The notes under the pieces: generated by a model
Seen by the model: only the letters and a program-made list of their open reading frames with translations
Database searches by the model: none
Told to the model about the DNA's origin: nothing
Assembly (NCBI RefSeq): GCF_036321535.1
Contig: NC_087438.1
Span: 4,032,001-4,096,000 of the forward strand
Length of the DNA stretch: 64,000 nt
Reading direction: 5' to 3'
From: Camelus dromedarius
Lineage: Eukaryota
Position numbers and translations under genes: made by a program
Part shown: piece by piece, positions 24,781-37,478 of the stretch
How the letters are laid out: every line of letters begins with the position of its first letter
How positions within the stretch are numbered: the first letter of the stretch is position 1

Positions 24781-27700
24781 CCTGCAACCATCTTCTAAAA
24801 TACTTTTGCTCTCTTAGTCCAGCCAGGCACATTTAACAGCATCACAGAGGACACTTTCTACTAAACTGTTAGAGGATGGAAGATGAGAAACCATACTTGC
24901 TGAAGGTCGTTTTCCATGAAGGAGGGCTCATCAATTCATCAATTCTCATAAATTCTTGGGGGCAGAAGATGACAACAAATAAAGTTAACTAGTTGGTGAA
25001 AAATGGGGTCTGAAGATAGAAACTCAAGCATTAAAAATTCTAGGAGATGAAAATGAGCACTCCTGCTACTAATGTTCTTGTATGAATTTATTGGACTTAC
25101 TACTGAGCCAACCTGCTTCTGACAAGCGGTAGGAAATAATTTTGGTCAAAAAGCTATATTAACACAATCAGTATTTGCATTCAAGGCCCCAAAAAGGCAG
25201 TTCTAATAGATAAAGAAAAATAATAATATCTTAGTTGTGTAGGGGCTCTTGTGGGGAGTTTATATTCAGCTCTGAGTCCAGGGGAGGATCCTGAGTGAAA
25301 ATGAACCCTGTAGTCTGACATTCTGAGCTTTGAAAATGAGGAATAATGAAGAAAAGCTTTTGTATAGAGGCAACGTGTCTCTCTGCCCAGCAAAGTGGTG
25401 AAATGTTTGTGTCTTGCTCCTGGGAGAAGCTAAGCAATTGCACTGCCATCTCCTTTTGTCCAATCAGATTTGAAACAGAACAGTCAGTTCTCTGTACTTC
25501 AGAGCAAGGAAGTGGACAAAATATCACCTGGAATATTGAAGAGGTGCCAGTGGTTCCTGTGAATCCTTTTATCTAATTTCCAATTGGTTTCATCAGTGAT
25601 GTGTTAGTAAGTCAGGGAATCTGATTAGGGCACCAATAAGGGAAAAAGCTCTCAGTCTGGGATTATCCACATACATGCTTTCAAAGTCAGATGTGGGGTC
25701 CCCGGTGGGGGTGAACATCATGAGCTACTTGCCATGAAAATGAAATTTAAGAGCTTCTCTTTGTATTAAATTATAATTAGAAAGGAAGTAGGCATCCTTA
25801 ATGTTCAATAACAGGTCTCTAACTGAGCCTTGGATCTGTCTGCATGTCACTGCTGACAGATGGCTCTCCAGAAAGGAGACGTTGGCAGGGCCACCTCACT
25901 CAGCCGTTGGCTTTATTGCCATGTTTGCAGCTTAAATGGGCCAAAACAAGTAGATTTAGACTTCATTGCCTAATTTTACTTAGCTATCTTTTACAAGATA
26001 GAAAATTTGCTTCAAATGTACACACACAGAGATGCCAGTTGTATCTCAGTGGTCACTCATCTAGAGAGCAGAGTGGTCTGGGCCAGTGACTCCCTAGCAC
26101 AGCCCAGTGGGCAAACCAGGGATCCCCAGAGATTCTGAAGATCCTTTCCACCCACACCCCCAGGAGGACACAGGTTCTCCATCCATTTCTGGCCAATGTG
26201 GAATGAATTCCAGGGACTGGATACACTGTTTCCCTTGAAACAACCAAAAAAAAGGGACAAAACTTCAGCAAATGATGGTTTTTCAAGACCCTAGAAGTCA
26301 GTGATCCTTGATAGGGAGGAAAGAATCGATCACAGTAACCACAGCTTTCTACATGGGAGAGAAAAAGGTGGAGCAGAGCAGACTGCCTGAGGTGAAACTC
26401 GGAGCTGGGAGTCTGGAGATCAAGGTCATCTGAGTGTGTGACAGAGGAGGGGCGAGGGGCGAGCTGTGTGGAGACAACTGCAGAAGGCCTCCCTCAAATG
26501 CCCAGCTGTGTACTGACCAACTCATGAGTCTGAGGAAACTACCAAGGCCAGGAAAGAACCGCCCAACAGGACTAGAGTCAGTGCCCGCTGCTCAGATGGG
26601 ACCAGGGTGGTGCCTGTTCCCGCCAGCCAGACAGGAGAGCCCCATGGTTCACGGGACACTGGGCAGAGTGTTCAGTACCGTCTTGCCTCCACAGAAGGGA
26701 GTGATTATTCCTGGACCGAGCACTTTTCCAGTCCTGCCTAGCACTTCTTAAGAGCAGGATCCGAAAGGATCAGGCTGTTTGCAAGTGGCTTACCTGTGCT
26801 TCAGAACAAAGCTCAAGAATGCTTATGAGAATGTAACAACACCCAGGACCAGCAAGGTTGGATTCAAAATGCCTGCCATCTAGTAAAGATTAGCCGGCGT
26901 GCAGTGAATCAAAAAACACCACCTTGTGGAACAGTAGGAGAAAAAGATAAATCCACCATTATACTCGAATGTCGCAATCTCTCTCTCTCAATAACTGATA
27001 AAGTTGACAGAAAATCAGTGAGGTTATAAAAGATTTAAACAACACTATCAACCAACTTGACCTCACTGAATTTATAGAAAAACCCTTTCAATAAATAGCA
27101 GAACACACGCTCTTTTCAAGTGCCCACAAATTTTTTTACCAAGATAGACTATGTTCAATTTCATAAAACAAAGTCTCAATAAATTTAAAAGAATTAAATT
27201 TCTACAAAGTATTTTCTCTGACCACAGTGAATTAATTTAGAAATCAAAACTAGACTGATCTCTATAAAATCCCTGGATATTTGAAACGTGAACAATACCC
27301 ATGCATCAAAGAAAATATCAAAAAGAAAACTGTATATCATTTGAACCAGATTGAAATGAAAGCACTATGTAATAAAACTTGTGGAATACTGCCAGAGCAG
27401 TGCCTGGAGGAGGGCACACTTAGCTCTGTATGTCAATATTATGGGGAAAAATCCTCAAGTAAATGACTTAAGTTTCAACTTGAGAAACTAGAAAAAGATG
27501 AGTAAATGAAATTCAAAGTACAAGGAAAGAAATAATAAAAATCAGAGCAAAAATCAAGGAAACAGAAACTTTAATGGAGGGAAAATCAATGAAATCCATA
27601 GCTATGTCTTTGAGACCATCAGTAACGCTGACAAGCCTGTACCCAGACTGATTACAGAATGAGAGATGATACATTTCACTAACACCAGAAATGAAAAGAC

Positions 27701-29612
27701 GGCATCACTACTGGTTCTATGGACGTTTAAAGGGTGACAAGAGAATACAGTGAATGACTTTATGCCAATACATTGTACTAGTTAGATGGAATGGACAAAT
27801 TCCTTGAAAAACATAGCCTGTCGAAGCTCATTCAAGAAGAAACAGGCAGTCTGAATAGCCCTACATATTCATTAAATTTCTAAATTTGTTATACATTTTT
27901 CAACAAAGAAAATTCTAGGCCTGAGTGAATGGTTTTATCGGTGAATTCCATTAAAAATGTAGCGGATAAAAAGTACTAATATCATATAAACTCTTCCAGA
28001 AATTGAAGATGAGAGGGCAGTTTCCAACTCATTTTATGAAGCCAGCATTACCCTGATACCAAACACAGATAAAGACATTGTCAGAAAGGAAAACCACAGA
28101 CGAATAATCCCTCATGAACATAGATAGAGGCAACATTCTAGACAGAATTGTAGCAAACAAAACCCAAACTACAGATTAAAAATTCATCGTGGCTAAGTCG
28201 GGTTTATTTCAAAAATGCAGAGTTAGCTTGACATTCAGAAATTAATGCACATACTTCATTATATTATCAAGCTGAAAAGGAAGAGTCAGTCATATGATTA
28301 TCTAAACGGATCCAAGAAAACAACTGACAACTCCAGCAATCTCCCTAATAAAAATTCTCAACCCAGCAGGAATAAAAGGGAACTTCCTCAAACTGATAAA
28401 GGTCACCTGTGAAAAACTATAGTTAGCATCACACTGAAAGTTAAAAGACTGACTGATTCCCCCCAAAGATCATGAAGAAGACAAGGATCTCTCTCTCCCC
28501 ACTTCTCTTGTTTATCCTGGAGGTTCTAGCCAGTGCAATCAGGCAAGGAAAAAAAAAAAAAAAGGCATCCATCACAACTGACATGATAGTATACGTAGAA
28601 GATGAAAAAGAACCTACAAAAAACCCCAAAAAACCTACCGGAACTAATAAGTAGTTTAACAAGTCTGCAGGATACAAATCAATATACTAAAATCAATCAT
28701 GTTTTTATATATTTGCAACAAACAGTTAAAATTTAAAATTAAAGCAATGATGCCATTGGCAATATCACCTAAAAAAAAATAAATAATCAGGGGAAAATCT
28801 GTCTAAAGATATGAAAGACCTGCACACTGAAAACAATGAAACATTGCTGAGAGAAATTAGAAGAGAACTAAATAAATGAAGAGCCACACCCTGTACCAGG
28901 GCCAGAAAACTCAATGTTGTTAAGACGTTAATCGGCCTGAAAATGAACCAAAACAACCTCAGTCAAAATCATGGATGACAATTTTTTTGGTAGAAATTGA
29001 CAAATTGATTCTAAAACTCATACGGAAATGCAAATGACCAGCAGTAGAGAAAACAACTTTAAAAAAGGAAAACAAGTTAGGAGAATGAATACTACCTGAC
29101 TTCATGACTTATGGTGAAGCTATAGTACCCAAGACAGTTTGTATTGTAAACAGAGACAAATAGATCAATGAAGTAGAACAGAAGAAACAGACATCCACGT
29201 ATATATACAATTGACTTTAAAATAGTGCAAAGGCAGCTCAATGGATTTTTTTTTACAAATATTGGTGGAATATTTGGGTATCCACATGTTGCAAAACAAA
29301 AAAGAAATTCAAACTATACCTTGCACCCTATATAGAAATAAATCCAAAATGGACCATAGACCTAAATGTAAAATCGAAAACTTGAAATCTTCTAGATTAA
29401 AACGTTGGAGTTGACATTTGTAACCTTGAGTTAGGCAAGAGTTTCTTTAATACAGTGTCAAAATCACAATTCATAGAGGAAACGATTGCTAAATTGAACT
29501 TCATCAAAATTAATACATCTGCTCCGGGAAACACTGTTAAGAGAATGAAGAGACAAGCCATAGACTGAGAGAAATTATCCTCAAATCATTTGCCTTAAAA
29601 AAGACTTGCACC

Positions 29613-29769
29613 AGAAGGGGACAGATTGGGAATTCGAAAATTGCACCTCTTGGGGAATGATGGAAATATTAGCTATCTTGCTGGTGGTTTCATGGGTATA
29701 TACATCTATCAAAATTCATCAAACTGTACATCTGAAATATGTGTAATTTACTGTACAGGATCTATGTCT
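29613..29769 (+). mobile_element. Short chimeric L1-3'UTR-derived insert
   Basis: Flanked by CTTGCACC at 29605-29612 and 29770-29777; host L1 ORF2 resumes after it. Confidence 0.65.
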
Positions 29770-29812
29770 CTTGCACCCAGATTTAAAAAGAACACTCAGA
29801 ACTAAGGGTAAG

Positions 29813-30147
29813 TGTCTTAGTCTGTTCAGGCTGCCATAACAAAAACCACAGAGTGGGTGGTTTATGAACAACAGAACTTTATTTCTCACAGTTCTGGAGG
29901 TTGGAAGTCCAAAATCATGGCATCCCCATCGTCAGGTGAGGGCCCTCCTCCAGGTTGCAGACCTCTTGCATCCTTACATGGAGGACAGGACTAGGGGTCT
30001 CTCTGGAGCTCTTTTATAAGGATACTAACCCCAACACCCTCTTGACTTAACTACCCCCTAAACTCTCCACCGACTAATACCATCCCCTTTGGGGTTTGGA
30101 TTTCAACATACGAATTTTGCAGAGACACAAACATCTAGACCTCAGCA
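29813..30147 (-). mobile_element. MLT1A/B solo LTR nested in L1
   Basis: TGTCTTAGTCTGTTCAGGCTGCCATAACAAAA...TTTCTCACAGTTCTGGAGG...GATTTCAACATACGAATTTTG..GACACAAACAT. Confidence 0.88.
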
Positions 30148-30589
30148 ATAAACGTACACACAAACTCATTAAAATGTTGGCAGAATATCTGCACATGCAC
30201 TCGATCAGATACTTCACTAAAGAAGATATACTGATGGCAAAAATCACCTGCAAAGATGCTCAACATCATCATTCATTAGGGAAATGTGAACTGAAATCAC
30301 AATGAGACACTGCTATCAAAACGCCTGAACTTCAGTGCTGACCATAACCAGTGTTGGAGGGTAAGTGATGAAACCGGAACTTCCAACGCAGTGCTGGTGG
30401 AAATGCAAAAACACTTTGGAAGACACACTGAAAATTTCTTACAGAGTTAAACTTACACTTCTCATGTGATTCAGCCATTCCACTTCTAGGTAGTTCCCCA
30501 AAAGAAAGCAAAAATGAATAACAAAATTAGCAGAGCTAATATTTATTCCTAGAGTAAGATTTTGTCAAATTATTCTATAGAAATCTTAT

Positions 30590-30870
30590 GCACCTGCTGC
30601 TTACTCTCTGCCTGAGACATCCTTCACCCCTCTGTCTGCATGGTTTCTTCCCCCACATCCTCCAAGATTCCAAACAAGTATCACTTTCCTATTGAAACCT
30701 TTTCTGAAGCAATTAACAGAAAAGGCACCCTATTCCTTTTTACACTTTACATATCTGTTAATTATGTGCAATTTGCAAAGCAAATCCTGCAGTTCCTTAC
30801 CCTGTTAGAACTTACCTTATACTGAGAAAAGACAGACAATAATAAAATAAATATATGTTGAATGGAATAA
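30590..30870 (+). mobile_element. L2 3' fragment
   Basis: CTCTCTGCCTGAGA...TCACTTTCCTATTGAAACCTTTTCTGA...AATAAATATATGTTGAATGGAAT. Confidence 0.5.
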
Positions 30871-31375
30871 GTAACCTTATCACAAATGCAGCTGCAAAGT
30901 TGGCCAAAACACTTGAATTTATCAAGAAGTCAATCTTAAGGAGGGACATATAATCCACTATTGTTAATTAATGACCTTGCTCAAAGTACGTATGGCCTTG
31001 AGATATTGACTCACGATGACATAATGGATTATATACCCTAAGTACATAAACATACATACAAGGGGCATACATTCAGAAATGTCTGATTGATAGTGACGCA
31101 TGATCGCAGATGTCTGCAGACCACTGGTCTAGGTCAAGGTCAAGTGTGAGGCTAGGGGAGTGATGACAACCTCCCCTCATTTCAAGGAGGCAGAGGTTGG
31201 CCTCCACAAACGACGGCTGAGAACCTAGTTTGAAGGATGACTGGTCTGATTTATTTTAACATGTTTGTTTCTGTCCAAATATTTTGTTTGACACTCTTCT
31301 ACGAGATGGGAAAGGAAGGGGAAGGAAGAAGGGCAACACTGATGTTTTAAAAGCATCATGTAGTGTCCCTGGTGG

Positions 31376-31376
<1 letters not shown>

Positions 31377-31406
<30 letters not shown>
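31377..31406 (+). repeat. (TG)15 microsatellite
   Basis: Read directly. Confidence 0.97.
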
Positions 31407-31409
<3 letters not shown>

Positions 31410-31875
31410 GCTAGCTTCCCCAGCCACCTCTGAGCCGCAGAAGCAGAAGCAGCGGAGAACATCGAGTCTGGCTGAGTGCCCCGGCACGGGCTGTTATTCA
31501 TCCATCATTCTCAGCCTGCCGCAGTGACTGTACCGTGCAGCACACGACCTCGGGAGAGAGAAAGAACGAAGGAAGAGGGCGCTCACGCGGGGGCCGCTAC
31601 ACACGCCACTGCAGAGGATCTTGTGCTGCCGGCTCACACATTTTCTGCTAATAAAGGGGAAAAATACACTTGAATCAAGGACTTTTTTTTTTTCTTCCTG
31701 GGTTTATTGATTTTGATATTTTAATAAGTTAGCTAGCTGCAGGAATAAGTTTAAATCTTTGCATTTATATTTAAAACAGGAAAATAATTTTCTCTGGATG
31801 TCAGTAACACGGCAGACACAAGCCCAAGGGAGACTTAGTCATCTCAGTCTGCAGAAACTCAGTTTTGATTAAAAA

Positions 31876-31925
31876 ATATATATATATTATATATACATAT
31901 GTACACACACACACACACACTCACA
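31876..31925 (+). repeat. Compound (TA)n/(CA)n microsatellite
   Basis: Read directly. Confidence 0.9.
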
Positions 31926-32033
31926 TATAGGTAGATTGACAGTAGAATAAAGTTTATCACAGTTCCTCCTGAATTTCAGTTTAGGGGAGAACTGAGGTCA
32001 TGGTCAGATTAAGCAATGTCGTTTTTTTTGAAT

Positions 32034-32195
32034 CAGTGATTCTTCATTTTTTGGGGTCACAGACTCCTCTGAGTATCTGAGAAAATTATGTAAACTCACC
32101 AGGAATGGGGATAAGGTGGGGGAACATATAATATTTTTCCTACAATTTCAGGAACATATGGCTCCTCAGGAAAAGAAAAAAAAAATACCTCTGCT
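32034..32195. mobile_element. hAT-Charlie (MER5-group) fragment
   Basis: CAGTGATTCTTCATTTTTTGGGGTCACAGACTCCTCTGAGTATCTGA resembles a Charlie terminus. Confidence 0.55.
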
Positions 32196-33269
32196 CCAGA
32201 TCTGAAATCCAGTGTGCAGTAGCAATGCCGTTATTTATAATTTAATAGCAGAGACTGGAGTTGGGAAGCAAATCTCATCCTTGAAACAAAGAGGGCGGCT
32301 GCCTCGTTCACCCAGAAACTCCCCACGGCCAAAGACCTTGTGTTTGATTTCAGTTCTGTTTCCATGCAGCTCACAGGTGAAGCATCCTACCTGCAGCCAG
32401 TCTCCACAAATGAAAGGGCCAAGCAGTGCTTTGAAGAGCCTGCCAGGGGGTTCTTTTATGTGGGAGCAGTTCTAACCTGGAGCCCAGCCAGGAGGAAGTC
32501 TCAGTGGGTGACCACGGTCCACAGCTGCCCACACCCCCTCTTCATCACTGTGCTCACCAAGCTCACTGATCTCATCTCCGTTCTGATGAGGGGGCTGGGC
32601 TCTCAGGCACAATCCCAGGCAGGAAATCTTTTGTCCACCCATGGATGCTCGGCAGCCCTCACTGTCCCTGCAAAGCCTTAAAAGGAGAGTTTAGCAGGGT
32701 TTTAGGATGGGACAGCCCATCGTTGAAACATCGCAACTGACCGACCTCCCTCTAGGGAGGCAGTGTGCAGAAGCAGAAGCACGTGTGTCCCCTGCTCCCA
32801 TGCTTGTCTCACACAAGCTATGGCTCAGAAGCAAACTTGAGAATATAAAAGCATTAAAAAGTGGCAAAGCCAATCTGGACGCTTCTAACCATCATGATTA
32901 GAAAGCCCCATTGACATGTAGTGCTTGCCACTACCTGGCTGCGGTGCCCCTGGGAACCTTCATGGGCTGGGTCCGGGGATGTGGCCACACATCCTCTGTG
33001 CATCAGGAAACTTTCCAGTCCCGTGGGAAGCTGGGCTTCACAGGAAAGGGTCAGACACTGAGCTGAGAATTGCGAGCAAATGTCAGCATCCAAGAAGTCA
33101 AGTAAAGAAGCACGGAAGGCCGTGAATGGGGGACGTAACAGACAGGCGCCTCTGCCCTCTTTCTGTGCCCCGTGAAGTGACTGGGTGCAGGCGGGCTGTG
33201 GAAAAGCAGAGCTCACCTTACAGCTTCCCTACAGCTGAGAAGCCTTGGGAGGGTCGCAGTGAGGCAAGG

Positions 33270-33420
33270 GTGTAGGCAAGAGACTTCGGGTGCTGGCAGC
33301 ATCCCAGTCCTTAATCTGGGTGCTGGCTACATGGTTGCATTAATCTGTGAAATTCATCAAGCCATCCACTTACATACACCCTTTTCTATATGCTTATCTT
33401 ATGTCAGTATTTGCCATTAA
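33270..33420 (+). mobile_element. L1ME 3' UTR fragment
   Basis: TTAATCTGGGTGCTGGCTACATGG..TGTGAAATTCATCAAGC..CACTTA. Confidence 0.6.
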
Positions 33421-33989
33421 TGTGCAGTCTCATCAACCATCACTCTTACGAAACGGTGTCCACATCTCCCTCTACATTTTTACCTTCTGTATCGCCGCTG
33501 TGGCAGGGTGCCTGCCTGAAAGTAGGACCTCCAGGAAGCACCAGCACTGATTTGGGTCTTATCACCCCCAAATCTTATTGTAAAATAACTTCCATGAATC
33601 GATACTCAGCTTCCACTGGAATGACTTTAAATGATTTGGAATTTTAACCATTTTTTTTAAATAACACAATGAATGATAACTATATTTTCTTACATTTTTC
33701 CATATAGTTATCAAGAAATTAGGCATGTAGCCAAAATATTCAACAAACACAAGAGGAAATTCCACGGCAAGCATACAAATATTTCAGAATGGTGTGAAAT
33801 AGAGCACAAGGTTTCAAGCATATGTCTCTGCTGTAAATTCTTCTAACATGAGCATTACCTTCCTAACTAGATTCTACTTTTTAAAATGACTTAATAAATC
33901 ATAATACATCCATGGGATGGGATTTTATCTAGGTATTAAATGATATGTTAAGAGTTTAAAATCCTAAAAATATATCCATTAGTAAGCAC

Positions 33990-34960
33990 CCATGAAGAGG
34001 ATGAAATCCCAAATGAGCACAGACAAATGAATAGGTGATTCTCTGTTTTTGTGGATGCTGCTAGAGAGCTGTTCATCCTCATGGGCTGCCAAGCTCTAGG
34101 AGGTGCCCCTCGCCCACCTGTGGGCAGGTTGGGGAAGGGGGCACCTGATAGAGTTAGGTAATGGTCAAGCCAGGGAATGGTAGAGTCTGATGTCACGTGT
34201 GGAAAATTCTGAAGGTTAACAAAAGAAGGGAGATATTTCAGCAAAATCTAGAATTTGATTACGGGAAGGAGGATCCAAATGGGGCAGGTGGAGAGGAGAG
34301 GCTGGGAGGGAAAGAGCCGGACCTGGAAGGCCCTGGGGGACCAGCGAAGGGCTTCTGAGGTGTGAAATTGTCTGCTTTGTTTTTTCGATGGAATGCACAG
34401 GTTACGTTAGAGAGGGTGGAGGATGGCCAGGTGGAGGCAGAGAGGCCAGTTAAGGGGCTTTTGCAATATTCAGGGTGAGAATGTGTGGACCTGAACTGAG
34501 ATGAAGAAGAGAGTAATGATGTAGTCTGGGTACTATCTCCCATCACTAATGCATGTGGATGGTGGGGAAGGCGGTGGGTCAGGAAAGACTCCTGGTTCCT
34601 GGCTGGTGCAAATGCAGCAGAGGGCATGATGTATCAAGAGGAGGTTACCTGACATCTGAGGATGGGAGATGCCTCCTCCAGCTGTGGACTGTTTAATTTC
34701 CTATACTTGTAGGATGTCCACGTGGAGACTCTCCAAAGGCAGCTGGATGCTGGAGTCAGCTCCGGGTGAGACGTGGGTAATGGGGCCAGACTCAGGCTCA
34801 GGAACCACAAATATTATCCTTGATGACTGGCCATGTGAGGAGATGATGGTCAAATAAGGAAAGAGAGGTGAGGAGAGGCAAGGGCGGAATTTGGAATTTG
34901 TAGGATGACAGAGGAAGGGGACCCACCCCAGAGGCTGAGCAGCAGCCCCAGAGGAAGGAG
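33990..34960 (-). mobile_element. L2 fragments
   Basis: GTGGAGGCAGAGAGGCCAGTTAAGGGGCTTTTGCAATATTCAGGGTGAGA; AAAGACTCCTGGTTCCTGGCT; GGCAGCTGGATGCTGGAGTC. Confidence 0.7.
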
Positions 34961-35478
34961 CACAAGGAGGAAAGTGTGCCATGGAGCAGCAGAGCACAGC
35001 TTTCCACGGAGCAAGTGGGGGGCTCTCAGTGCTGAGGGAGCTTGGAGACAGGTGGCATTGAGAGGGCCTGGAGGTGGCAGAGGCTGGAGGGGAAGGATCC
35101 AGGATGTGCTGAAGGGACCTCGTTGCTGGGACCTAAAAGAACGTGGGAGAGGGGCATATCAGAGCACAGAACTCTGGTACTGATCAGGGCTGAGACAAAG
35201 CAGGGGCTCATGACACAGGAGAGGGCGGGACCGCCACTCCGCGGAAGGAGAAACCAGACCTGCCGAGAAAACACAGCCGAAACAGAACAAACGCGGATGC
35301 ACAGGGTTCCTCCTGTTTTGTTCCTCAGCCCCACTCTGCATTCCGGGTTTAGCCAGAGTTCACTGAGCTTTACCAGGAGGTTAAAACAAATCATTCAAAG
35401 AGCAAAGCAAGTAACGGTGTCAAGTTTTTGAATGACATAGACATTTCGTCTTAACTCCCAACATACAAACAGACATAC

Positions 35479-36028
35479 TGAGGGGGGGAAGCCCCATAAA
35501 AAGACCAGCAGGACCCCCAAGCAGGGCCACTACTCTCCTGCCAGCACCATCCGGTTCCCTGGCCCAGAGCCTCCGTCTCACTTTTTGCCTCTGAAATGGT
35601 TTACTTACCCCTAAAATGCTATTGGTTCCCTGAGCTCAATTCTGATTGGTTATTTCCTTCACTCCTGATTGGTTATTACTCTCACTTCTGATTGGCCCAC
35701 TTCCCTAACTTCTGATTGGTCCATTTGTAGTACTTCATGTGTGTGGAGTTCACTCCTGATTGGTTATTTCTATCACTCCTGATTGGTTTATTTCTACAAA
35801 GCTTGTTCCTGGTTGGTCAACTTCTGTTATACTGTATTTGCATATGATGTTGCAAAGTGTAAAACTGGCAGCCTATAAAGGCCTGTGTAAACCTACAGCT
35901 GGGGTCCAGAGCTTGAAGTGTTAACTCCTTTGGGCCCGCTGGCGTAATAAACATGACTTCTCCGACTCTCCGAGTTCTGCTTGGTCTCTCGCACGGATTC
36001 AGGTTGCTGTCACAACTGAGCTGTAACA
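35479..36028 (+). mobile_element. ERV1-like solo LTR with tandem CCAAT array
   Basis: TG..TGTAACA; 7 ATTGG; octamer 35836-35843; TATAAA 35874-35879; AATAAA 35946-35951. 5' boundary tentative (flanks CATAC / CATTT). Confidence 0.8.
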
Positions 36029-37478
36029 CATTTTTCTGCAACAATACTACTGAGAAATGCTGGGGAGGTTTGAACCTTATTGTGCACACACTTCTCCGCA
36101 GACTTTTCCTCGGAGCTGTACTGCTCACGCTCTCAGGGATCCATCCCTCTCTGAGTAGCCAAGAAAAACACCAGCTGCTCCCCTGAAGCCCATTCAGTTG
36201 TGGAAAACTTCTCCTTTTTTTATAGTGTTTGCTTCTCCAGGGTCCTGCTGCCAGCTGTCTTCTGCTCTTTATGTCTGTCGTGTGCACCCTTAGCTTTTAA
36301 GCTTTTCTTGGGTCTCAGCCTTAAGCATCTGAGTCACAGCTAGTTAGTCTTCAAATCACCATGCAGTGTCTCCTGAAACTCATTTCTGTGTTTAACTAGT
36401 GGGAAACTGTTGGCTTTCTCCTTCTGTGACAGTCAAGCCTCAGCGGGCTTCCTTAACCTTGAGAATCCCTCAAAAACATTTAGCTCTCTTAAAAAGGCAA
36501 GTGGGAAAAGCAGGGTGGTCGTTCCCAGCCACGGCAGATTCCTCAGCAGTCCAGCTGAAGGCCAGGGAACTGTTTCTCCATGAATTGGCATCAGGTTTAA
36601 GTGAGAAGTGTATTTCCCTTTGCAAAGCTGAGTGCTCGCCTTCTGATTATGTTTTATTTAAGTGATGCACTTTTTACACGGAGAGCTTACCTACATCAGT
36701 TGGAAACCACATATGGACTTCCAAGTGATTCTGTCTTTTATTGGCATTTTTTTCAAATAGTATTCCTGACTTATCACTATGTCAAGTCCAAATCTCCAAA
36801 ATATATTGACGTATAGAGTTAAGCAGAGATCCACCTCTTTGGTAGGTGAGAAAAAGAAAAAGAGCACTCATATTCTATAATCAAATAATAGATGTAGGAT
36901 ATTCTGCTTAAAGCAAAAAGACAGAGGAATTTCAGAATAAGACTGAAAATAAATAATAACATAATTATGATAGATGGTTCAACTTGAGACCAGTTAAGAA
37001 CCACGTTAGAGGTTTGAGAAGTCATCCTTCAGGTAGATTGCACACCTGTGTGCAGGTGTGAGTGTGTGTGCGTGTGCACCAGTCATCATTGTCAGCGGGA
37101 TCTCATCAGAGAAATTAATGGAGAGTTTGAACTAATGAATATTGTTAAAGAAATGTAAATTACGTTGGTTCATACTTTAACAAAGGGCCTTGATTTATTC
37201 TTTTATTCTTTTAACTAGCATATATCAATTGTTGACAAGCAGTTGGGTAATTTGAATACACTTGAGGGAGTGTAAAAAAAAATTGCTATCTTAGGATTGC
37301 AAATTTATATGCATAGTTATCTTGCTAACCATATCTTTCTTCTCGGGCAGTGTCTAGATTAATGCTGTTGAATAATCAAAACTTGTAAATTAGCATACAG
37401 TGACCAAGACATCACTGCGTTTGTGAGAAAGTGAAACTTCCATCACATGAATGCATTTTCTTTTCTCAATATAAGTAA

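Larger units (their letters stand above)
26170..30515 (+). mobile_element. Long decayed L1M/L1MB: 5' region, most of ORF2, ORF1 apparently missing; two nested insertions
   Basis: ORF 28472-28654 LSPLLLFILEVLASAIRQ..TDMIVYVE is the L1 RT motif region; GCCAGCATTACCCTGATACCAAA; CATTCATTAGGGAAATG. Confidence 0.9.

Noticed and set aside
24830..25750. Possible ancient LINE/ERV internal remnant
   Set aside because: No motif I could assign with confidence; needs an HMM search
28472..28654. Reverse-transcriptase-like peptide
   Set aside because: Decayed L1 ORF2 with frameshifts and the FADD motif lost; not a functional or novel RT
35621..35816. CRISPR-like periodic repeat
   Set aside because: ~23-bp tandem units without unique spacers, inside a mammalian LTR; no cas genes
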